Made by a program: the position numbers and the translations under genes. Below, one piece after another: positions 1 to 13,106 of a stretch of DNA of 64,000 bases. The number at the start of each line of letters is the position of its first letter. Position 1 is the stretch's first letter. The notes below the pieces were generated by a model. That model was not told the DNA's origin, made no database searches, and worked only from the letters and a program-made list of their open reading frames with translations. Source of the DNA: Hormiphora californensis (Eukaryota; Animalia; Ctenophora); contig CM035361.1 in NCBI GenBank assembly GCA_020137815.1, forward strand, positions 5,828,001 through 5,892,000, given 5' to 3'.

Positions 1-479
1 GGAAATGAAAGTGTCCCATTTGGGGGAAATGTTGGGTCAAGAAAATTAAGTCAAGTTAAGTCAAAGCATTATTGTAGAGTAGTATAGAGAGACTTTAACT
101 TACTAAAAATTAGTTAATTAACCATTTCCGACAACTAAAACTATCCTTTAGCTTATAGGAGAAGCCTAAAAGGAAGTTATAAAGAGCTGATTATTCAAAA
201 TTCATTTTTTTCGATGTACCTACCTCTATCAAACCCAGAATTTTCAGCAGAAATAGATACGCATTTGATAGGAATGGTTAGATGCCATGTCTATTGTATT
301 CCCAATAAGTTAAATTTGTGCACGTAAGACGGTTCAGCCCAAACCTGTCTCATCCCATTTGACCTACTATCCCATTTGAGGTACATCTCCCCTACATTTG
401 AAAAGTGTCTTGCCAAAACGTTTCTTAAAAAACGAGAGTAAGGTAGTTCACTGTGGATAGTATATTTATTGTTTTTCAG

Positions 480-899
480 ACTGGACAGCTGTAGAGGGGA
501 ATGTGAAGATACCCTGGAACCTGGAGGCAACATCTCTCCAGATAAAGACGGACTCTACACTGGGCAGTGATGATAAGATCTATGTGAGGATATACGACAA
601 GGACAGCAGCTGGATCGGTACTGTGGGTGTGTCGTTCTCCTCCACAATGCAGTATGGGATAAACTACTGCACCAACAGCTGGACATACCTGCCCGTACAA
701 CCCCCGGTGGAGGTGAACAAGATTTGGACGATCACCAAAACAGAGACCGCCCTCATCATCACATGTAATAATGTGGAGGTGGTGAACTACCTGTTCGCAG
801 ATAGTTCAAATAACAACTGTGTTACCAAGTTGGGTGGTGATGTTGCGGAGGAGATCGCATTTATCAGTACTGACACAGCATCTGACTTCTACAGAGCAG
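480..899 (+). CDS. Internal phase-1/phase-1 exon encoding one ~140-aa beta-rich extracellular-type repeat domain (WTAVEGNVKIPWNLE...KIWTITKTETALIITCN...CVTKLGGD...DTASDFYRA)
   Basis: Acceptor ttttcag ends at 479 and GT donor is at 900. 420 nt, open frame (ORF 503..1045 reads on into the (TA)n intron). A homologous domain occurs at 8795-9330. Confidence 0.8.
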
Positions 900-916
900 G
901 TAAAGGTCTAAATATA

Positions 917-918
<2 letters not shown>

Positions 919-980
<62 letters not shown>
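919..980. repeat. (TA)n microsatellite
   Basis: Direct reading; it explains the IYIY run of ORF 503..1045. Confidence 0.95.
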
Positions 981-986
<6 letters not shown>

Positions 987-1339
987 ACCACTGCGTACAG
1001 AATGATAATCACCTCTTTTGTAGGATTCTATCACGTAGTCTATAGGCGTCAGCGCCAGTTTGGGACATATGGCTCCTCCAAACTCGCTGGCGATTGTGTT
1101 GAAGTTGAGTAGTCATGTTCACGAAACGTGGTGAACAGGGGGTGAACAGATCAAATCGAGCAAACGATCATCCACACAACCGGCAGAGAGATGAATCAAG
1201 GATGCACGTGCAGTTTAAGGCTCAAGCTGGCAGGTTGCCAGGGTCCCTCTAGGGACATCACGTGCAAAAGGCCATTTCCAGGAATTTTGTGCCATATTTG
1301 GTAAAAAAACCATCACCCATCATTTCCCTATTTGCTTTA

Positions 1340-2020
1340 ATAATAGTATGATTCCTACAAAGTTTCAAGTCGATATTTCAAGCAGATCGGGAGATAATTG
1401 CGGCTCAGGTGCCCCTGAGCCACTTTTGTTAGTGCGGGGGCAATTTTAAAATTTTAATTGCTTATAATTAATTAATTAAGTAAAAAATCAAAAATCAGGC
1501 TCCGTGGTGACTCTTAGTTATACCACTAGAACATGCCTACAAAGTTTTAGATCGATATGTCAAACAGTGTGGCCACAGTTTGAATTTTAAAATTGCTCAG
1601 GGGCAGTTTTTCAAATGCTCAGGGGCAATGCTCAGGGGCACCAGAAAAATGTCCATTTTTGCATGCCTATAACTCATTGATTACTTAATTTTGACTATTC
1701 TAACTTTTTGTAGATCATTTTTTATGCTTGAAGAGCATTCCTACAAAGTTTCAAGTCGATATTTCAAGCAGATCGGGAGATAATTTCGGCTCAGGGGCAA
1801 TGCTCAGGGGACAGAACACGCCATGCTCAGGGGCACGGTGCAGGGGCTACTTTTTAATTACCTATAATTAATTAATTAGGCAAAAAATCAAAAATCCGGC
1901 CACGTTATGACACGTAGTTATACTACTAGAACTCGCCTACAAAATTTCAGGTCGATATCTCAAAAAATGTGGCCACAATCGCTGCCTGAAATTTGCCCCC
2001 CCCCCCCCCCCAAAAAAAGA
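1340..2020 (-). mobile_element. Partial copy (gctcagggg variant) of the HINE/Helentron-like 'tgcagggg' repeat family
   Basis: Shares the subrepeats ctagaacatgcctacaaagtttc and tgtggccacag, and AT-rich taattaatt spacers, with the copies at 2-12 kb. Confidence 0.6.
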
Positions 2021-3035
2021 CCTACGTTTGTATATATGTTCGCAACAGGCAAGCTTCCCCTCGTCCGACCCGAAGTTGGAATCATATGGGTTTAGTTTGT
2101 CGAACCGGCAAGTTGCTAACATATTTCAAATCTTCACTACTTCTCAAATGATCTAATCCCATACATTCAGTCTAATACCAGAATAAAATTGTAAATCCTA
2201 TTAAAAATAGAGACAAAAATAGTGGCACCAAAATGTGAAATGCCCTTGTAGTTAGTGGGAGCAGAACAAAATCAATTTCCTATCTCACCACATTAATAAA
2301 TAATTAATTAAGTTAATGCTCTTATTTGTTTTAGAGGTGCTCAAATTTGAACTAAAGGTGGAGTTTATAGCAAGAAAGGGCTATTTTACGGCAAATTCCC
2401 TGGTTGCTATGGTAACCAAATCCGTTGTCATGGTAAATCAATCGAACTCTTTCAAGTTCTACCGCCAGCCACTGGATGAAATTTATCCATTTCATTGTGC
2501 ACAATGCACAGGCTTTGGTTACGAAGTTACCCCTTGCCAGCGCGCACGCGAAGGTCGCCCGGCGACAGAGTGTGAGGTGTCCTCGATACCAAGCACAGGC
2601 TTGTGTAACAAAAAGGGGCATTTTTATAGCTTATTGTTCATCATAACCTGAAATAAATAATTTTCATTACTTTCACAAAGGCTCAAAGTTTGAATATCAA
2701 ATTTGCCAAAACTGTGTAGGGGCAAATTGGTGCAGGGGCAAAAGTTTTAATTGATTATTATTAATTAATTAATTAGAAAATCAAAAATCCGGCTCCGTTA
2801 TGACTCGTAGTTATACTACTAGAACATATTTAGGTGCCGGCAGGCACCTCCGACCCGAAGAAAACAGAAAAAACGGAAAAAAATTTTTGCCCCTGCACCA
2901 AATCCAAAAAGTGACGGCCCTATATAGCAGAAGAATAGAAGATTTTCTGGGGGGGGGGGGGGGCAAATTTCAGGCAGCGATTGCGGCCACATCGTTTGAG
3001 ATATCGACCTGAAATTTTGTAGGCATGTTCTAGTA

Positions 3036-3877
3036 CAGTCGAACCCCGATTTAGTGGCATCCTCGGGGGAAAAAAATCCTGCCACTAAATCGGGGTGCCA
3101 CTAAATCGGGGTGAGCCATACTTGACCCATAAAAACCTATTTCATGCCCAAAATGCTATACTAAGACTAAAGACACCTCTAACTGTTATATGCAATGTTC
3201 ATGTATTGATGAAATGGTCATTTCTGATTAGAAATAGAAAACTATAAAATAACTTTTTCAAAAAAATTGTGAACAATTAGTTATACCAGCCCGTCCGATT
3301 TGTGTTTCGAATCGGTGCAGCTTCCTGGATGTCCTGTCGCTAATTAGCGGTTTCGAAACGAACCGATACGTGATACCATGCCGAATCGGGGCACCCTAAG
3401 CGGGTGAGGAAGTATCAAAATAACTTTTTCTCTCAAAATTTATGGGGAGCACCGATCAAAGCATTGACAATCGTACTGTAAAATTTTGCAAAAAAAAGTT
3501 TTAAATTTTAGGTATACCAGCCACGTCCGAATCGTGTTTCGAATCGGTGCATCTTATCGCATGTCCTGCTGCTAATTAGACGGTTTGGAACGAATCGAAA
3601 CGTGATCCCCATCGAATCGAAATTTTGACGCTTGGTGAACTTATGATTCAATGGCCCCATGGGGATCACGTATCGGTTCGTTCAAAACCGTCTAATTAGC
3701 AGCAGGACATGCGATAAGATTCACTGATTCGAAACACGATTCGGACGTGGCTGGTATTCCTATGAAAATTTTCAAAAAATTTTCAAAAATTTCACAAAAA
3801 AATTTTTGGGGGAAAAAAATCTTGCCACTAAATCGGGGTGCCACTAAATCGGGGGCCACTAAATCGGGGTCCGACTG
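3036..3877. mobile_element. pogo/Tc1-mariner-type MITE
   Basis: TIR cagtcg(a/g)accccgattta ... taaatcggggtccgactg, flanked by TA on both sides. Confidence 0.85.
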
Positions 3878-4505
3878 TAGTATAACTACGTGTCATAACG
3901 TGGCCGGATTTTTGATTTTTTAATTAATTAATTAATTATAAGCTATCAAAATTTGCCCCTGCACATTGCCCCTGTACATTTCGATTTTTTGCCCCTGCAC
4001 GCGTGCCCCTGCACATGGTTTATCTTCCGTTCTGCTTGAAATATCGACTTGAAACTTTGTAGGAATGTTCTTCAATCATAAAAAATGATATTCGAAAAGT
4101 GGGAGTATTGAAAATTAATTAATTAATTAGTTATAGGCATGCAAAAATTGACTTTTTTAGGGCCCCCTGCACTTTTTTTGAAAATGTGCAGGGGCAAATA
4201 CCCCTGCACATTTTTTGCAATTTTGATATTCAAACTGTGGCCAAACTGTTTGTTTTTTCGAAATGAAACTTTGTATGCATGTTCTAGTAGTATAACTACG
4301 AGTCATAAAAAGGCTGGATTTCTTATTTTTAATTTAACTAATTAATTATAAGTAATTAAAATTTTGCCCCTGCACCATCTTTCCCCTGCACCGCTGATTT
4401 CGACCCCCTGCACATTTCCTGAACAAGGCAACTAAAAATGGTATATTTTCTGTTCTGCTATAAATAACGACCTATAATTTTGTAGTAATGTAGTTCATGC
4501 ATATA

Positions 4506-5486
4506 CAGTCGGACCCCGATTTACCGGGCCCCGATTTACCGGAACCCCGATTTACCGGGAGGATTTCTTTCCCCCGATTTTTTTTGGAAAATTTTCGAAG
4601 TTTTGCCGGTTGGTAAACTTGCATTTGCAATTCGCTAGGTCTAATGGGGATCACGTATCGGTTCGTTTTGAACCGTCTAATTAGCGGCAGGACACGTACG
4701 ATAAGATGCACCGATTCGAAAAACGATTCGAACGTGGCTGGTATACCTTAGAAAAATTTCATAACTTTTTTTTTGCAAAATTTTACAGAATGATTGTCAA
4801 TGCTTTGATCGATGCTCCCCGTAAATTTTCAGAGAAAAAGTTATTTTGAAATGTTGATACTTCCTCACCCCGCTTAGGGTGCCCAGATTCGGCATGGTAT
4901 CACGTATCGGTTCGTTTCGAACCGTCTAATTAGCGGCAGGACACGTGAGAAGATGCACCGATTCGAAACACGATTCGAAAGTGGCTGGTATACCTTTAAA
5001 AAAATTTCATAACTTTTTTTTGCAAAATTTTACAGAATCATTGTCGATGCTTTGATCGATGCTCCCCGTAAACTTTCAGTGAAAAAGTTATTTTGAAACT
5101 TTGATACTTCCTCACCCCGCTTAGGGTGCCCAGTTTCGGCATGGTATCACGTATCGGTTCGTTTCGAGCCGTCTAATTAGCGGCAGGACATGCGATAAGA
5201 TGCACCGATTCGAAACACGATTCGGACTCGGTCGGAGTGGTTTAACTTTATAAAAAGTTTTACAATTTTTTTTGAATTTTTTAAATTTTCTATTTCTAAT
5301 GACAGAAACAATGATTATATTGTCATTAATAAATGTATACTATACAGTTAGAGGTGTCTTGGTATAGAATTTTGGACAAAAGTAGGATTTATGGGTCAAG
5401 TATGCTCTACCCCGATATACCGGGCACCCCGATTTACCGGGCAAAATGGCTTCCCCCGAGGATCCCGGTAAATCGGGGTCCGACTG
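4506..5486. mobile_element. pogo/Tc1-mariner-type MITE with internal ~240-bp tandem duplication
   Basis: Same TIR and TA TSD; the internal block atcacgtatcggttcgtttcgaaccgtctaattagcggcagg occurs three times. Confidence 0.85.
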
Positions 5487-6540
5487 TAGAAAGATTGACA
5501 AAAAGTGGGAATAGTCAAAATTAATTATCCAATTAATTATAAGTAATTAAAATTTTGCCCCTGCACAATTTTGTTTGCCCCTGCACAATTTTTGCAACTT
5601 TGATATTCAAACTGTGGCCACACCGTTTGAAATTTCGAAATGAAACTTTGTATGTATGTTCTAGTAGTATAAATACGAGTCATAACGGAGCCGGATTTTT
5701 GATTTTCTAATTAATCAATTAATAATAATCAATTAAAACTTTTGCCCCTGCACAGTTTTGGCAAATTTGATATTCAAACTTTGAGCCTTTGTGAAAGTTT
5801 CTTACAGTTGCTGGCGATAGACTCGATAGAGTTCGATTAATTTACCATGACAACGGAGTTGGTTACCATAGTAACCAGGGAATTCGTTGTAAAATAGTCC
5901 TTTCTTGCTATAAACAATATAGTTAACGTGTAGCACACGCCACAAAAGTTTTAAATTTAAGTTTTTGGGTGAAAAATAAATGGACTTTAACAATCGAAAC
6001 AAAGTGTGCCATTAGATCCTGAACCGAGAAACGAATATTTGTCAAATCGAATTTTGTTTAATGCGCCCCCGGTTCCCATTATTAAATATCGGACTGTATG
6101 TTACCAACTTCGGGTCGGACGAGGGGAAGCTTGCCTTTTGCGAACATATACAAAGTTTCATTTCGGAAAAACAAACGGTTTGGCCACAGTTTGAATATCA
6201 AAGTTGCAAAAAATGTGCAGGGGCAAACAAAATTGTGCAGGGGCAAAAGTTTTAATTACTTATAATTAATTAATTAAGTAAAAAATCAGAAATCCGGCTC
6301 TTTTATGACTCGTAGTTATACTACTAGAACATGCATTCAAAGTCTCATTTCGAAATATCAAACGGTGTGGCCACAGTTCGACTATCAAATTTACCAAAAA
6401 TGTGCAGGGGCAACATTTGCCGCAAATGTGCAGGGGCAAAATGTGCAGGGGCAAAATTTTAATTGCTTATAATTAATTGGATAATTAATTTTGACTATTC
6501 CCAATTTTTGTCGATCTTTCTATATGCATGAACTACATTA

Positions 6541-7297
6541 CAGTCGGACCCCGATTTAAGGGCCCCCGATTTAGTGGCACCCCGATTTAGGGACAGGATT
6601 TTTTTCCCCCAAAAATTTTTTGAATTTTTTTTGTGAAATTTTTTGTGAAATTTTTTTGAAAATTTTTCAAAAAAATACCAGCCACGTCCGAATCGTGTTT
6701 CGAATCAGTGAATCTTATCGCATGTCCTGCTGCTAATCAGACGGTTCGGAACCAACCGATACGTGATCCCCATGGGGCCATTGAATAACAAGTTCACCAA
6801 GCGTCAAAATTTCGATTCGATGGGGATCACGTTTCGATTCGTTCCGAACCGTCTAATTAGCAGCAGGACATACGATAAGATGCACCGATTCGAAACACGA
6901 AATTTTGATACTTCCTCACCCGCTTAGGGTGCCCCGATTCGGCATGGTATCACGTATCGGTTCGTTTCGAATCCGCTAATTAGACAGGACATCCAGTAAG
7001 CTGCACCGATTCGAAACACAAATCGGCCAGGCTGGTATAACTTAGAAACATTTTCAAATTTTTTTGAAAAAAAAAACTATTTTATATTTTTCTATTTCTA
7101 ATCAGAAATGATGATGTCATCAATACATGAATATTGCAGATAACAGTTAGAGGTGTCTTTAGTCTTAATAATATAGCATTTTGGGCATAAAATATATTTT
7201 TATGGGCCAAATATGGCTCACCCCGATTTAGTGGACACCCCGATTTAGTGGACAAGACCCTTTCCCCCGAGGGTGTCCCTAAATCGGGGTCCGACTG
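6541..7297. mobile_element. pogo/Tc1-mariner-type MITE
   Basis: Same TIR and TA TSD; inverted relative to 3036-3877. Confidence 0.85.
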
Positions 7298-8215
7298 TAC
7301 TACAAAATGTTAGGTCGTTATTTATAGCAGAACAGAAAATATACCATTTTGAAAATGATTTTCAGGAAATGTGCAGGGGGTCGAAATCAGCGGTGCAGGG
7401 GCAAGATGGTGCAGGGGCAAAATTTTAATTAATTATAATTAATTAGTTAAATTAAAAACAAGAAATCCAGCCTTTTTATGACTCGTAGTTATACTACTAG
7501 AACATGCATACAAAGTTTCATTTCGAAAAAACAAACGGTTTGGCCACAGTTTGAATATCAAATTTGCAAAAAATGTGCAGGGGCAAATGTGCAGGGGTTT
7601 TTTCCAAAAAAGTGCAGGGGGCCCTAAAAAAGTCCATTTTTGCATGCCTATAACTAATTAATTAATTAATTTTCAATACTCCCACTTTTCGAATATCATT
7701 TTTTATGATTGAAGAACATTCCTACAAAGTTTCAAGTCGATATTTCAAGCAGAACGGAAGATAAACCATGTGCAGGGGCACGCGTGCAGGGGCAAAAAAT
7801 CGAAATGTGCAGGGGCAATGTGCAGGGGCAAATTTTGATAGCTTATAATTAATTAATTAATTAAAAAATCAAAAATCCGGCCACGTTATGACACGTAGTT
7901 ATACTACTAGAACATGCCTACAAAATTTCAGGTCGATATCTCAAACGATGTGGCCGCAATCGCTGCCTGAAATTTGCCCCCACCCCCCAGAAAATCTTCG
8001 GATCGGCTGCAATATAGGGCCGTCACTTTTGGGGTTTTGTGCAGGGGCAAAATTTTTTTTTTGTTTTTTCGGTTTTCTTCGATTTTCTTCGGGTCGGAGG
8101 TGCCTGCCGGCACCTAAATAGGGCCGGCTTTTTGGATTTGGTGCAGGGGCAAAAAAATTTTTTCTTCGTTTTTTCTGTTTTCTTCGGGTCGGAGGTGCCT
8201 GCCGGCACCTAAATA

Positions 8216-8657
8216 CCCTCATTCAAGGTTACTGGTGTTTCCGGAGCTCTACTACCCCTGGAAGTGTGTTTTTTGCATCAAAACTGCCAGAAGGAATTTT
8301 TTGCTGGTGTTGAGACTTTGCCAGAATGTTTTATAGGTATTTTCTATGTCAATTCCAAAGTTTCATGATGATTGGATGTGTGGTTTAGTCACCAAGTTCC
8401 AAATAAACTGGCTAGAAAGACCCAAAAACAGCTCAAAAACGACAAAAATTGATATTTTAGAGTCTTTCCAGGCACTTTTTCGAAATTTTCAGTTCATCCA
8501 ATCATCATGAAACTTTGAAATTGACATAGAAAATACCCAAAAAACATTCTAGCAAAGTCTCAACACCAGCAAAAAATTCCTTCTGGCGGTTTTGATGCAA
8601 AAAACACACTTCCAGGGGTAGTAGAGCTCCGAAAACACCAGGAACCTTGAATGAGGG
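8216..8657. mobile_element. Palindromic MITE with ~160-bp TIRs and TA TSD
   Basis: ta|ccctcattcaagg ... ccttgaatgaggg|ta; arms ~8216-8375 and ~8497-8657. Confidence 0.85.
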
Positions 8658-8794
8658 TATAAGGTAGTCCAAGTATGAAGTTTCATAAGCTAATTTTATC
8701 AACTTTTTTTCTGGGTGAAGCCCAACGCTTGTAAAGATCCCATATGAACACCCTGTATAGGTTCAGAAAATGATTCGTTTCCCTTTTACTACAG

Positions 8795-9330
8795 GTTGGA
8801 TGCCGGTAGTTAAAAACCAGATAATCACCCACAACTTTGAACGTTCCAGTATCCGGGTGCTCTCCAAATCTTTAAGTACAATCCAACTGGCAGTTGGAAA
8901 AACCGGGGAAAGCGTGCCATTTTCAGCACTCGCAGTTATCTACAAAAGTCCGGCGTTGATAGAGTTTGTTTTAGCAAACTGTGACAAGATCTCTAACATT
9001 GCCGTCCCTACCGCTGCCCAGAATTATATCTGGAGGTTCAGTAAAACACAAACAAGTCTATCGGCAATTCTGGAAGGCACCGATATCGCATTGCATGTAA
9101 GTAAAACATGAAAAGGCTTTTGTCAAAAGCTCACCCTCCTCTTACTTTGTTTGAGTAACTTCATTTTAAGAAGTCGTCGGGTACCAAGCAGGTTTGTTGA
9201 CCTAGTCTTACCATTTTATAGGTTGTTTTTAAGGAGTGTGTACCACTTTGGGAAGGAGATACGGTTGATTGGATACAATTTTTAGATCTATCTGCAGAAG
9301 GTCTTATGTATCAGGTTTTGAACTACTACA
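8795..9330 (+). CDS. Two exons (8795-9096, 9222-9330) encoding a divergent homologue of the domain at 480-899
   Basis: actacag|GT TGG, cat|gtaagt, ttatag|GTT and taca|gtaagt give phases 1-0-1. Motifs W..V..N..I..N.E, IW...KT.T.L and CV..W.GD.V..I.F align by eye with the first domain. Confidence 0.75.
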
Positions 9331-9388
9331 GTAAGTTTATCGGATTATAATATTAAAGTTGGCATATTTTATGGGGTTGGGGGCTTAA

Positions 9389-9517
9389 GGGTACACCTGG
9401 CGTTTTTCATCATCGAGTGCCCAACCAAATGACTTCACCAGGGTTTAGGCCATACCAAATGGACCTCAAATATGCAATTTTAGCCCTAAATTCGAATTCA
9501 TATTTTTGCTACAGCCA
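9389..9517 (+). mobile_element. Truncated end of a TTAA-flanked element related to 17834-19223
   Basis: ttaa|gggtac start and shared block aggccataccaa...aaatatgcaattttagccct...cgaattcatatttttgctacagc. Confidence 0.6.
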
Positions 9518-9520
9518 TCT

Positions 9521-12230
9521 CTGGATGAAAATTTATCCATTTCATTATGCACAATGCACAGGCTTTGGTTACGAAGTTACCCCTTGCCAGCGTGTGCACG
9601 CGAAGGTCGCCCGGCGACAGAGTGTGAGGTGTCTTCGATACCAAGCACAGGCTTGTGTAACAAAAAGGGGCGTTTTTATAGCTTATTGTTCATCATAACC
9701 TGAAATAAATAATTTTCATTACTTTCACAAAGGCTCAAAGTTTGAATATCAAATTTGCCAAAACTGTGCAGGGGCAAATTGGTGCAGGGGCAAAAGTTTT
9801 AATTGATTATAATTAATTAATTAATTAGAAAATCAAAAATCCGGCTCCGTTATGACTCGTAGTTATACTACTAGAACATACATGCAAAGTTTCATTTCGA
9901 AATTTCAAACGGTGTGGCCACAGTTTGAATATCAAAGTTGCAAAAAATGTGCAGGGGCAAACAAAATGGTGCAGGGGCAAATGTTCAGGGGAAAATTGCA
10001 CAAATTGTGCAGGGGCAAATTTTAATTAATTTGCCTATAATTAATTACCTAATTGATATATTAATCATACGGCTCTTCTAGTACTCGTAGTTATGCTACT
10101 AGAACATGCATAGAAAGTTTCGTGTCAAAATATTAAACGGTGTGGACACAGTTCGATCGCAATTTTGGTGCAAGGGCAGCCCCTGAACCATTTGCCCTTG
10201 CACATTGCCTGCCCCTGCACCAAATTCCATTTTTTGCACGGCTCTAACTAACTAATTAATTAATTTTGACTATTCCCACTTTTCGAACATCATCTTTTAT
10301 GATTGAAGAACATTCCTACAAAGTTTCAAGTCGATATTTTAAGCAGAACGGAAAATAGAATTTTGTGCAGGGGCGCGGTGCAGGGGACAGAACGGTAGTA
10401 TGAAAGATTAGGTCGTGGCGATCGCCATTCGCCAAATGTTGGCGACTCTTGGCGGTATCGCCACGTGGCGATGGTATGAAGTCTGAAAAAAACATGCGCA
10501 ACATATTTATCGCCGAATGGCGCCATTTGGCGATAAGAATAGCAAATTTTCAATGCTTTCCAAAATATGACCCTCGCCACTCGGCGCCGCGTGGCGCCAT
10601 TTGGCGAAAAAATCGCCAATTGGCGCCGAACGGCGCCAAATGTCGCCAGTTGGCGCTAAACGTCGCCATTTGGCGCCAAATGTCGCCATCTGGCGCCAAA
10701 CGTCGCCATTTGGCGCCAAATGTCGCCATATGGCGCCAAATTTTTGTCAAACGTTTGTCGCCAAACGTCGCCATATGGCGCCACTTGGCGCCGAACATCG
10801 CCATTTGGCGCCAAATGTCGCCATATGGCGCCAAGTGGCGACATATGGCGCAAACTGTTTGTCAAATGTTAGTCGCCATTTGTCGCCATCTGGCGCCAAA
10901 CGTCGCCATTTGGCGCCAAATGTCGCCATATGGCGTCAAGTGGCGACAAATGGCGCTATATGGCGACGTTTGGCGCCAAATGGCGACAAACATTTGACAA
11001 AAATTTGGTGCCATATGGCGACATTTGGCGCCAAATGGCGACGTTTGGCGCCAAATGGCGACGTTCGGCGCCAATTGGCGACAAATGGCGCCATATAGCG
11101 ACGTTTGGCGACAAAAATTTGACAAAAATTTGGCGCTATATGGCCACATTTGGCGCCAAATGGCGACGTTAGGCGCCAAATGGCGACAAATGGCGCCATA
11201 TGGCGACAATCGTTTGACAAACATTTGTCGCCATATGGCGCCAAATGGCGACAAACGGCGCCATTTGGCGAATTAATCGCCAGTTGGCGCCACGTGGCGC
11301 AGAACGGCGAGTGTCCTACTTTGAAAACCAATAAAAATATTATTGATACATCGACAATTTGCGCCAAATGGCGATGTTTGGCGATGAGTATCGCCAAGTG
11401 TTGCCAAACGGCGCCATATGGCGAAAAATTCGCCGAATGGCGCCATTGGCGCCACTTTGTGACGATTGGCGCCAAACGGCGCCATTTGGCGACGAATGGC
11501 GCCAGATGTCGCCAAACGGCGCCATTTGGCGACTTGATCTCCTGATCACTTAATGGCGCCAAATGGCGCCATTTGGCGATAAAAATTTTGCGCATGTTTT
11601 TTTTCAGACTTCATACCATCGCCACGTGGCGATACCGCCAAGAGTCGCCAACATTTGGCGAATGGCGATCGCCACTGGCGCCACGTGGCGCCAGATTTGG
11701 CGCCATTTGGCGCCAGAAATGGCGCCATTTGGCGATAGTGCGCACTCGCCACATTTTGGCGCCAAATGGCGCCATTTGTTCGCCACGTGGCGCCATTTGG
11801 CGAATATGATGGCGCCATTTGGCGCCATATGGCGCCATTTGGCGCGCACGACCTAATCTTTCATACTACCGACAGAACACGCAATGTGCAGGGGCACGGT
11901 GCCCCTGCACCGTTTTTAATTACCTATAATTAATTAATTAATTAAAAATTCAAAAATCCGCCAACGTCATGACACAAAGGAATACTACAAGAACATGCCT
12001 ACAAAATTTCAAGTCGATATCTCAAACGGTGTGGCCACAATCGTTGACATGTTTTTTGTCCCCCCCCCCCCCCCCAAAAAAGACTTTTCTTTGTTCTTAA
12101 TAGGGCCGGCATTTTTGGGTTTTTGTGCAGGGGCAAAAAATTTTTTTTTTCGTTTTTTCTGTTTTCTTCGGGTCGGAGGTTGGTGATGCCATCACCTCTC
12201 TGCGAGAGGTGATAGAAGCGGTATGCTAAA
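9521..12230 (-). mobile_element. Third HINE-like copy (variant terminus), interrupted by a Merlin-like element
   Basis: 9521-9878 duplicates ~2473-2826. The terminus cttcgggtcgga is followed by the hairpin atcacctctc-tgc-gagaggtgat and an A-run at ~12170-12230. Confidence 0.6.
10394..11870. mobile_element. Merlin-like non-autonomous DNA transposon filled with a GGCGCC palindromic satellite
   Basis: Perfect 24-bp TIR ggtagtatgaaagattaggtcgtg / cacgacctaatctttcatactacc and exact 8-bp TSD gacagaac (10386-10393, 11871-11878). GG termini with an 8-bp TSD fit Merlin. Confidence 0.8.
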
Positions 12231-12253
12231 AGTGTGCGCGTTGGAGCCATTTT

Positions 12254-13106
12254 GGGGGGGGGCCGGCTGAAGTTTTTGAAGTTTTTGAAGTCAACTTCAA
12301 AAACTTCAAAGAGAAACTTAGGGTGGAAAACTTCAAAAACTTCAAAAACTTCAAAAACTTCAAAAACTCATATCTCCTAAACCGTTGGAGATAGGCCCTA
12401 TGTTGCTTCATAACTCTTATATAAACTTGCATATTCCGAACAAGATGCACCCCTTTAAAAAGCCTATAGTCACTCATAAACCATTAAAACTGGTCTAGCC
12501 CAAAAAAGTCATGCACACACACAAAATTATGAAAATATCCCATTATCCCTCGAATTAGATGAGGTGGAGACTTCATTTTGGCACGTACCCCCCCCCCCCC
12601 CCCCCCCATAACTCGAGGCCGCTGATGATTTTGGTGACCATATTTTTTTCACTACTCCCTTCATAAAAAAATTGCATTTTGTGAAACTGGCAAAAAGGGT
12701 GTGGCCCCCAAAAAATTTTGAAAATTCACTTCATAATTTTTAAACACTTTCTTAGCATTTTCTAGGCAATATTTTGAGTTATAGAATGAAAATAAAATCT
12801 GTTTTTACAAAAAATTTAAATTTTTTACACCAAATTGTGTCATGGATTTCATGGTTAGGAATCATTGTAAATATCCTAATTTGTGGTAGAAAAAGTGCAG
12901 ACAAGTACGGATAACTTTGCCACAATATGTATTAAGTATGAAACTAACCTAAACAAGTGAAATAATAGTCACTGATAGCATAAAAAAGTAGTTTAGAGTT
13001 TTTGAAGTTTTTGAAGTTTTTGAAGTCAACTTCAAAAACTTCAAAAACTCAAAAAGTAGGGTGGAAAACTTCAAACTTCAAAAACTTCAGCCGGCCCCCC
13101 CCCCCC
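12254..13106. mobile_element. MITE with poly-G/poly-C termini and gaagttttt subterminal repeats
   Basis: G9ccggctgaagtttttgaag ... cttcaaaaacttcagccggC12, with (c)atttt on both flanks. Confidence 0.75.

Larger units (their letters stand above)
2829..6150 (+). mobile_element. Second copy of the same HINE-like element, inserted in opposite orientation
   Basis: Starts tttaggtgccggcaggcacc-tccgacccgaag (subTIR 2849-2860) and ends cttcgggtcgga (6108-6119) plus a short hairpin. The host sequence ctagaacata...caaagtttcatttcg resumes across it. Confidence 0.6.
2030..8213 (-). mobile_element. Non-autonomous Helentron/HINE-like element (host copy), interrupted by an inverted copy of itself and by a MITE
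   Basis: The 5' terminus with hairpin ggtgccggcaggcacc and subTIR lies at ~8180-8213 (tandemly doubled). The matching subTIR tccgacccgaag is at 2064-2075. The internal segment order mirrors the + copy. Superfamily assignment is an inference. Confidence 0.6.

Noticed and set aside
10316-11856. Many overlapping ORFs rich in MAPNG/WRHLAP
   Set aside because: Translations of the GGCGCC satellite in all frames; no coding signal.
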